From the NCBI RefSeq assembly GCF_032444005.1, contig NC_091288.1, positions 216,752,001 to 216,816,000 of the forward strand: a DNA stretch of 64,000 nt, in the 5' to 3' direction. This stretch comes from Ranitomeya imitator. Taxonomy: Eukaryota. Position numbers and translations under genes: made by a program. Positions 56,831 to 64,000 of the stretch are shown one piece after another (positions within the stretch are counted from its first letter, which is position 1; the number at the start of each line of letters is the position of its first letter). The notes beneath the pieces are model-generated. The model made no database searches. It worked only from the letters and a program-made list of their open reading frames with translations, and was not told the DNA's origin.

Positions 56831-57084
56831 TGTATTTTTAGCAATATTTCAACAGTATTTCTGTGAAAAAATCAGGAGCGTCTCCATAACGCAGAACAGG
56901 TGTCAATACTTCAATTACCGTTTTTCTCTGTAAGTTCCACTCCTGGTTTTGGCATAGAAAATACTGATGAAATACTGAACATGTGAACGTGACCTTATAG
57001 ATAGGAGAAGCTTTGCAATTATTTGAGAAAATCACCAATAAGAACTGGCACAGTCCAAGCACTGATGAAAATCGGAACAAAACC

Positions 57085-57715
57085 ACTGATGAACAAGATT
57101 TCTCTCGCGTTTCACCCCTACTCTGGAACTCTCTACCACAACACATCAGACTCTCGCCTACCATCGAAACCTTCAAAAAGAACCTGAAGACCCACCTCTT
57201 CCGACAAGCCTGCAACCTGCAGTAGCCACCGATCGACCAAACCACCACACGACCAGCTCTACCCTCACCTACTGTATCCTCACCTATCCCTTGTAGATTG
57301 TGAGCCCTCGTGGGCAGGGTCCTCTCTCCTCCTGTATCCTCACCCATCCCTTGTAGATTGTGAGCCTTCACGGGCAGGGTCCTCTCTCCTCCTGTATCCT
57401 CACCCATCCCTTGTAGATTGTGAGCCCTCGTGGGCAGGGTCCTCTCTCCTCCTGTATCCTCTCTCCTCCTGTATCCTCACCCATCCCTTGTAGATTGTGA
57501 GCCCTCGCGGGCAGGGTCCTCTCTCCTCCTGTATCCTCACCCATCCCTTGTAGATTGTGAGCCCTCGCGGGCAGGGTCCTCTCTCCTCCTGTACCAGTTA
57601 TGACTTGTATTGTTTAAGATTATTGTACTTGTTTTTATTATGTATACCCCTCCTCACATGTAAAGCGCCATGGAATAAATGGCGCTATAATAATATTAAA
57701 TAATAACAATAATGA
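57085..57715 (+). mobile_element. L2 3' end with a tandemly amplified ~60-bp 3' UTR unit
   Basis: QDFSRVSPLLWNSLP..FKKNLKTHLF, then about five copies of CCCATCCCTTGTAGATTGTGAGCCCTCGCGGGCAGGGTCCTCTCTCCTCCTGTA, the GCGCCAT hairpin and an (AAT)n tail. Confidence 0.88.
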
Positions 57716-57980
57716 ATAACGTTTCGTCTTTTCACTGATGTCTGAATGAGACGTAATAATGAGTCCTTCATCAGCCACATACAGAATTGTCTGCCGGACT
57801 CCGACTGTATATTTCAGCCAGACACTTGCGAGGGTCTCCTCTTTTTATGCACTAGAATTTTCTGCTTACTTGCCTGTCCCCGAACTGGTGGTGGATTCTC
57901 TTGATGACCAGGTGGAGTCATTACAAGTCCTAATCCTACACCAGATCCTTATGGCCGATCAGTAAATGTTTTCTTTCTAA

Positions 57981-58672
57981 GGGTACCGTTACACTATCCG
58001 ATTTACCAACGATCACGACCAGCGATACGACCTGGCCGTGATCGTTGGTAAGTCGTTGTGTGGTCGCTGGAGAGCTGTCACACAGACAGCTCTCCAGCGA
58101 CCAACGATGCCGAGGTCCCCGGTAACCAGGGTAAAAGTAAAAAAAACAAACACTACATACTTACCTACCGCTGTCTGTCCCCGGCGCTCTGCTTCTCTGC
58201 ACTCCTCCTGCACTGGCTGTGAGCGTCGGTCAGCCGGAAAGCAGAGCGATGACGTCACCGCTCTGCTTTCCGGCCGCTGTGCTCACAGCCAGTACAGGAG
58301 GAGTGCAGAGAAGCAGAGCGCCGGGGACAGACAGCGGTAGGTAAGTATGTAGTGTTTGTTTTTTTTACTTTTACGCTGGTAACCAGGGTAAACATCGGGT
58401 TACTAAGCGCGACCCTGCACTTAGTAACCCGATGTTTACCCTGGTTACAAGCGAACGCATCGCTGGATCGGTGTCACACACACCGATCCAGCGATGACAG
58501 CGGGAGATCCAGCGACGAAAGAATGTTCCAAACGATCTGCTACGACGTACGATTCTCAGCAGGGTCCCTGATCGCTGCTGCGTGTCAGACACAGCGATAT
58601 CGTATGGATATCGCTGGAACGTCACGAATCGTACCGTCGTAGCGACAAAAGTGCCACTGTGAGACGGTACCC
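57981..58672. mobile_element. PIF/Harbinger-type element
   Basis: GGGTACCG...CGGTACCC; TAA/TAA TSD. Confidence 0.82.
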
Positions 58673-58675
58673 TAA

Positions 58676-59188
58676 GGCTTCTTTCACCCTTCAGTTGTTA
58701 GACGTCAGTCACTTCCGACATAGTGACGGATCGACGGATCCGTCACAATTGTTGAGAAAACGGTTCTAACGGATCCGTTTTTTTTGACGGATCCGTTACT
58801 TGGGGGTTGTCTGGGAAAAGTATCTACTTTTCGGAGCATGCGCAATTGAAAAAGCGGATTGGGGATCCGCCGAAATGACGGTTGCGACGGATCCGTCGCC
58901 CATAGGCGGTCATTCTATGGAATGGCAGACGCGACAGATCCGTCCCGATCCGCCATTTCGGCGTTGACAAAAAAACGTTATAATGTCCGTCTATGTCTAG
59001 ATGACGTCCGCCAAATTTCTACGGATCCGTCGCATGGCGGATGGAACGGACGACCATCCGTCACAATCCGTCGCTAATGCAAGTCTATGGGAAAATAGCG
59101 GATCCGTCAAGAAAAAATGACGGATCCGTTATTTGAGGAAAATGGCGGTTTTAGACTGACGCCAAACAACTGAAGTGTGAAAGAGGCC
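58676..59188. mobile_element. PIF/Harbinger-type MITE (GACGGATCCGTC-rich family)
   Basis: GGCTTCTTTCAC...GTGAAAGAGGCC; TAA at 58673-58675 and 59189-59191. Confidence 0.8.
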
Positions 59189-59452
59189 TAAGTGTGGATC
59201 AGCAGTGAGCACAACCATGGAACAGAAAGGGTTAATTATCCTGCACCGACTTTCCCGCCCTTTTTATGTAAAGAAACTCTTTCCCTTTCAGTTCCTGCTC
59301 ATTCCATCTAGTGATGGGCAGTCCGGCTCTTTTTGGTGATCTGGCTCTTTTGGCTCGCGAACCGGATCTTTTTCTAAATAAATATGCGTTTTCCACAGTC
59401 CTCGCTTCGGGTCTTTGCCTGTAGAGTGAGGCCTCATTATACACCTGTATAA

Positions 59453-59760
59453 AGGCCCCTTCACATTAAGCGACGCTGCAGCGATACCGACAACGATCCG
59501 GATCGCTGCAGCGTCGCTGTTTGGTCGCTGGAGAGCTGTCACACAGACCGCTCTCCAGCGACCAACGATGCCGGTAACCAGGGTAAACATTGGGTAACTA
59601 AGCGCAGGGCCGCGCTTAGTAACCCAATGTTTACCCTGGTTACCATCCTAAAAGTAAAGAAAAACAAACACTACATACTTACCTACCGCTGTCTGTCCTC
59701 CAGCGCTGTGCTCTGCACTCCTCCTGCACTGGCTGTGAGCACAGCGGCCGGAAAGCAGAG
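59453..59760. mobile_element. Truncated PIF/Harbinger-type element
   Basis: TAA-AGGCCCCTTCACA left end and the same internal hairpin as 45139-45869; right end missing. Confidence 0.7.
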
Positions 59761-59823
59761 CCTTCCTTTTTGTGTTGTTGTATTGACACATGCGCGAACG
59801 ACTGAGCTATTTATGACAAACCC

Positions 59824-59890
59824 TTACACATTCTCTACTACATCATTAAGTCCATTTGGATAAAGGCTTTGTAACCTATATATCCAATAT
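59824..59890 (-). mobile_element. Penelope-like GIY-YIG C-terminal remnant
   Basis: YWIYRLQSLYPNGLN, the typical PLE endonuclease tail WIY.L.TL.P.GLN. Confidence 0.65.
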
Positions 59891-59921
59891 GAAGGGAAAA
59901 AAAAAGGAAAAGGGGAAAGAA

Positions 59922-60083
59922 NNNNNNNNNNNNNNNNNNNNNNNNNNNNNNNNNNNNNNNNNNNNNNNNNNNNNNNNNNNNNNNNNNNNNNNNNNNNNNN
60001 NNNNNNNNNNNNNNNNNNNNNNNNNNNNNNNNNNNNNNNNNNNNNNNNNNNNNNNNNNNNNNNNNNNNNNNNNNNNNNNNNNN
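59922..60083. other. Assembly gap
   Basis: 162 N. Confidence 1.
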
Positions 60084-60424
60084 GAATTGATAGTAATGGT
60101 ATTGATGAGGTATTGGAATGAATCATATTTATGATTGTGTATATACCTATATTTTTAATGTTGTGTTTGTTCGTAACAGTGTAATACCATGTATTTAAAA
60201 GCTCATTTTGGATAGAATAGAAGTACTAAACTGCTCTTTTATATATATAAGATAAATGTGTCTCTTTAGAGGCTACCATGTAGTTAGTCATCAGGAAAGG
60301 AGAACCTGATCCCCGGTCCCGCCCTGCTAATCCCTTCTAGGAACCCTCATAAATAAGAGAACTTGGAGGTTGCAACATCATTTTATAGTGCTTATTGTAT
60401 TGTTTGTTCTTTTTTTTTTTTTAC

Positions 60425-60472
60425 TACCTGATGAAGGCTGCACTGTAAAAATAGCAGCCGAAACGCGTTGTA
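60425..60472 (+). ncRNA. Minimal type I hammerhead ribozyme motif (Penelope type)
   Basis: TAC-CTGATGA-A-GGCTGC-loop-GCAGCC-GAAACGCGT-T-GTA: helix I 3 bp, helix II 6 bp, palindromic helix III. Confidence 0.72.
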
Positions 60473-60914
60473 CTGTTTTTTAAAAAATTTACAAATATAT
60501 TTTATATTTTTTTATTTTGAGAAAATAAATGAATTTTTTAACATTTTTCACTTGAAGTGGATGAATTCAAAAAATCCGTAGGTGCTTAGCGCCACATTTA
60601 CTTGGAGTTTTTTTTTTTCTCTTTGAAATTGCCACCTATGTGGATCTGAAGCAGGATCAACACATAGTTCTCCAAAGTGAGCTGCACACCTTATTGGATT
60701 ATACAACATACAAAGAAGAGTTGCCTAAAGAATTGATTCCTTGAGAATCTCAACGTGCATTTCTTACCGATAGAAGGTGAACATAACTACAAATAAAAGA
60801 AATGTTTTTAACTTGTTGGTAAAAACGTATTACGCTCAGAGGAAGCGCCGCACTTGTCTCTTTTTTTTTTTCCCCCTCTTTCCCTAAACCAGGGTATTTC
60901 TTAACACTAGAGAA

Positions 60915-61735
60915 GACAGAGAAAGTATTCAGAAGGATCTAGATAAGCTTGAACAATGGGCAGCGACTAATAGAATGGTATTAAACAGGGAGAAGTGCAA
61001 GATTCTACATCTGGGCAAGAAAAATGAAAATTACATCTATAGAATGGGAGGAACAGAACTAAGCAACAGCATGTGTGAAAAAGACTTCAGTATACTAATA
61101 GATCACAGACTGCACATGAATCAACAGTGTGATGCAGCAGAACAAAAAGGCAAACAGTTCTATGATGTATTAACAGAAGCATAAAGTCTAGACAACTTGA
61201 AGTAAGTATCCCCTTCAACTCCTCCTTGGTCAGACCTTATTTGGAATACTGTGTCAAGTTCTGGGCACTACATTTAAAAAAAAGACATTGAAAACTTGGA
61301 GCAAGTTCGGAGAAGAGCTACCAGGATGGTGAGCAAACTGCAAAGTATGACCTACAAGGAAAAGGATCTGGGAATATTTAGCTTGCAAGAAAGAAGGCTA
61401 AGAGGATACTTAGTAGCCATCTACAAATATCTGAAGGGCTGTCACAGTGTAGAGGGATCATCATTATTTCATTTGCACATGGAAACACAAGAATCAATGG
61501 ACAGAGAGAAGATACAGATTAGATATTAGAAAAATCTTTTTGACAGTGAGGGAGATCAATGAGGGGAACAGGCGGCCACGAGAGGTGGTAAGTTTTCCTT
61601 CAATGGAAGTCTTCAAACAGAGTCTGGACAGATATCTGTCTGAGATGGTTTAGAAAATCCTGCATTGAGCAGGGGGTTGTACATGATGACCCCGGAGGTC
61701 CCTTCCAACTCTAACATTCTATGATTCTATGAACT
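60915..61735 (+). mobile_element. CR1 LINE, 5'-truncated and decayed
   Basis: DLDKLEQWAATNRMVLNREKCKILHLG; EQVRRRATRMV; (ATTCTATG)n tail ending ~61733. Confidence 0.9.
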
Positions 61736-61769
61736 ACAAGATCCTTTCAATCATTTTCTGCTTCAGCCA

Positions 61770-61871
61770 CAATCTCTGAACTGCAGGGGTTAATAGTTTA
61801 TTATCAGAAACCTCCGCCCTTTATACGTAAGGATACATTTCATCTTTCGTTTCATGCTCTTTTGTACTACA
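61770..61871 (+). promoter_or_regulatory. Proximal promoter of TRIM copy 4 (GC box plus ISRE-like motif)
   Basis: CCGCCC ~61814; TTTCATCTTTCGTTTCA 61838-61854. Confidence 0.6.
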
Positions 61872-63440
61872 ATGGCGTCTGCTGAGCTGAGGGACGAGCT
61901 GAACTGCTCCATCTGCCTGAGCCTCTATACAGATCCCGTATCCCTGAGATGTGGACACAACTTCTGCCGCTCGTGTATTGTGAGTGTGCTGGATGCACAG
62001 GAGGCGGCTGGAGGGTATTCCTGTCCTGACTGCAGAGCAGAATATCCGGAGTGTCCGGCCCTGGAGAAGAACCGAAAGCTGAGGAACATAGTGGAGCGTT
62101 TCTCATCTACTCAGCCTGATATGGAGGAGACCACAATCTTCTGTACTTACTGTACAAAGTCTCCTGTACCGGCTGTAAGGACATGTCTGCAGTGTGAGAC
62201 CTCCATGTGTGAGAAACATCTCACAGCCCATAACAAGTCAGTGAATCACAATCTAACTGAACCAACACTGTCATTTAAGGGACAAAAATGCTCCACACAC
62301 AAAGAGATCCTGAAATATTACTGCCCTAAAGACGCCACCTGTATCTGTGTGTCCTGCTGGGTGGCTGGAGACCACAAGGGACATGACGTGGAGCTACTGG
62401 ATGTGGCTTCTGAGAAGAAGAAAGAGAAACTGAGGAAATATTTTGATGATCTAAAGCCACAAAATATAAAAACTCAGAAAAGAGTCCAGAATCTACAAGA
62501 TCATAAGGTGAAGATCCAGGAGAAAGCTTCTCATAAGAGGAAGAACATCAGTAAGATGTTTATGAACATTAAGAAGAAACTGGAAATGGCAGAAAAGAAG
62601 GTGCTGAGCGAGGTCTCCAGGCAGGAGGAGAAGATTGTGTCCCAGATATCTCATCTGATCAAGAAGCTGGAAATACAGGAGGGCGAGCTGTCCAGGAAGA
62701 TGCGTCACGTGGAGGAGATGTGTCGTGTCACCGACCCAATAAGACTCTTACAAGAACGTGACATTACAGTGTGTAGTTATGGAGGTGATGAGGACACAGG
62801 GGGAGATGGTGGAGAGGTCAGTACTGAGGAGGATCTGGATGAGGTTCTGATCTCACTGACCTTACACCGATCTATGAGGGATATTGTCACCAATATAACA
62901 TCAGAGCTTGGGTTCCATATCCCAGACATATTGCTGGATGTGGACACTGCTAATGATTTTGTGAAGGTATCAGAAGATCTGAAAACAGCAACAGATTTAG
63001 AAGACGAACAGGAGAAAACAGAATCATCAGGAAGATTTGTGGATTACTCCCAGGTGTTAAGCAGATGTGGTCTCACCTCAGGACGACATTACTGGGAGGT
63101 AGAGTGGGACCAGATAGGTGTATGTGGCATCGGATTGTCCTATCCCAGTATAGAAAGGGAAGGTGGACAGTCTGATATTGGAAATAATGATAAATCTTGG
63201 TGTTTGTTTATGTGTGATGGAGGATATAATGTATATCACAACTTTGTTAGATTAACGTTTAGTGTAAAGCCAACATGTCCAACACTTGGAGTCTACTTAG
63301 ACTATGAGGCCGGGCGTCTGTCCTTCTATGAGCTGTGTGACCCCATTAGACACTTACACACCTTCACCGCCTCCTTCACTGAACCCCTACATGTTGTCTT
63401 CTATGTGAATGATGGGGCCTCTGTTACAATAAGAAGCTGA
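61872..63440 (+). CDS. Intronless TRIM E3 ligase (RING-Bbox1-Bbox2-CC-PRY/SPRY), copy 4, 522 aa
   Basis: Homologous ATG (MASAEL) at 61872; all domain motifs intact; an extra in-frame ATG lies at 61854. Confidence 0.96.
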   Translation: MASAELRDELNCSICLSLYTDPVSLRCGHNFCRSCIVSVLDAQEAAGGYSCPDCRAEYPECPALEKNRKLRNIVERFSSTQPDMEETTIFCTYCTKSPVPAVRTCLQCETSMCEKHLTAHNKSVNHNLTEPTLSFKGQKCSTHKEILKYYCPKDATCICVSCWVAGDHKGHDVELLDVASEKKKEKLRKYFDDLKPQNIKTQKRVQNLQDHKVKIQEKASHKRKNISKMFMNIKKKLEMAEKKVLSEVSRQEEKIVSQISHLIKKLEIQEGELSRKMRHVEEMCRVTDPIRLLQERDITVCSYGGDEDTGGDGGEVSTEEDLDEVLISLTLHRSMRDIVTNITSELGFHIPDILLDVDTANDFVKVSEDLKTATDLEDEQEKTESSGRFVDYSQVLSRCGLTSGRHYWEVEWDQIGVCGIGLSYPSIEREGGQSDIGNNDKSWCLFMCDGGYNVYHNFVRLTFSVKPTCPTLGVYLDYEAGRLSFYELCDPIRHLHTFTASFTEPLHVVFYVNDGASVTIRS

Positions 63441-63630
63441 GGCCGATGTCGTCCTCGTCACATTATACCGTAATTACATTATTTCTTGTCACACGGACAC
63501 ATCTGTATATGGTGTATAGGTGGTCTGGCTCCATCAAATGTCGCTGTTTAAGTGTGGAACATAAACTTGCCGGAAATGTACCATAAGTGATTAGAAGGTC
63601 CAAGTAAGCACTAATTATTAAATGCACTAA

Positions 63631-63939
63631 GGCTACGTTCACATTAGCGTTTTGCGAGGCTGCGTCGGGCGCAGCCGCGGCGACGCATGCATCATGCGCC
63701 CCTATATTTAACATGGGGGCGCATGGACATGCGTTGTCGTGCGTTTTGTGACGCATGCGTCTTTTTGGGCGCAAGCGTCATGGCGCACAGGACGCAGCAA
63801 GTTGCATTTTTTTTGCGTCCAAAATCATGCCAAAAAAGGACGCATGCGTCACAAAATGATGCGTTTTGCATGCGTTCTTGTTTGCGTTGTGCGTTGCGTC
63901 GCCAACGCAGCACCGCACAACGCAAATGTGAACGTAGCC
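63631..63939. mobile_element. PIF/Harbinger palindromic MITE
   Basis: GGCTACGTTCACAT TIRs; left TAA, right ATAA; same subfamily as 1453-1712. Confidence 0.82.
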
Positions 63940-64000
63940 ATAAGTTTTCTTTTTCCCCACACTTACTGTTTCAGTATGCTTACATCGGCCCTTACAGTTT

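Noticed and set aside
55817-56933. 200-330-aa repetitive ORFs, and the similar ones at 430, 15740, 24995 and 47355
   Set aside because: VNTR translations with no domain content.
57715-57776. Minus-strand CTGATGA and GAAACGTT motifs
   Set aside because: Spacing and helix II are inconsistent with a single fold.
61854-61871. In-frame upstream ATG adding MLFCTT to TRIM copy 4
   Set aside because: Absent in the other three copies and overlaps the ISRE-like motif, so it is probably at or upstream of the TSS; ATG 61872 was preferred.
22627-62708. Recurring minus-strand ORFs (MRNAPLCSS..., MTHLPGQL...)
   Set aside because: Antisense shadows of the TRIM coding sequences, conserved only because the sense strand is.

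Overview
Vertebrate genomic DNA, almost certainly a frog (inferred from the spns1 protein, the TRIM subfamily and the repeat families), with one N gap at 59922-60083. Genes: (1) a complete spinster homolog 1 (spns1, + strand; 12 coding exons 7304-12660, 523 aa by my exon walk), with a probable non-coding first exon and a promoter rich in CLEAR/E-box motifs at about 2065-2390; (2) a tandem array of four intronless RING-Bbox1-Bbox2-coiled coil-PRY/SPRY TRIM genes (+ strand; 22659, 33553, 41141, 61872). Three are intact and one is frameshifted at the start of PRY/SPRY. All four have an ISRE-like motif just upstream of the ATG, and they show hypervariable SPRY loops between near-invariant blocks. 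The rest is minisatellites and transposable elements: PIF/Harbinger-type and hAT MITEs, Tc1, L2, CR1, tRNA-derived SINEs, LTR elements, a Chapaev-like transposase fossil and many Penelope-like remnants. Most notable: (a) an apparently intact type I hammerhead ribozyme at the apex of a ~290-nt rod-like palindrome (38405-38692), plus several minimal Penelope-type hammerheads across the window; (b) an internally deleted LTR retroelement carrying a cold-shock-domain-like ORF (50165-50907); (c) the interferon-type promoter plus gene-conversion mosaic of the TRIM array, including a possible SPRY-less decoy. All alignments, translations and folds were done by eye; no database search or folding program was run.
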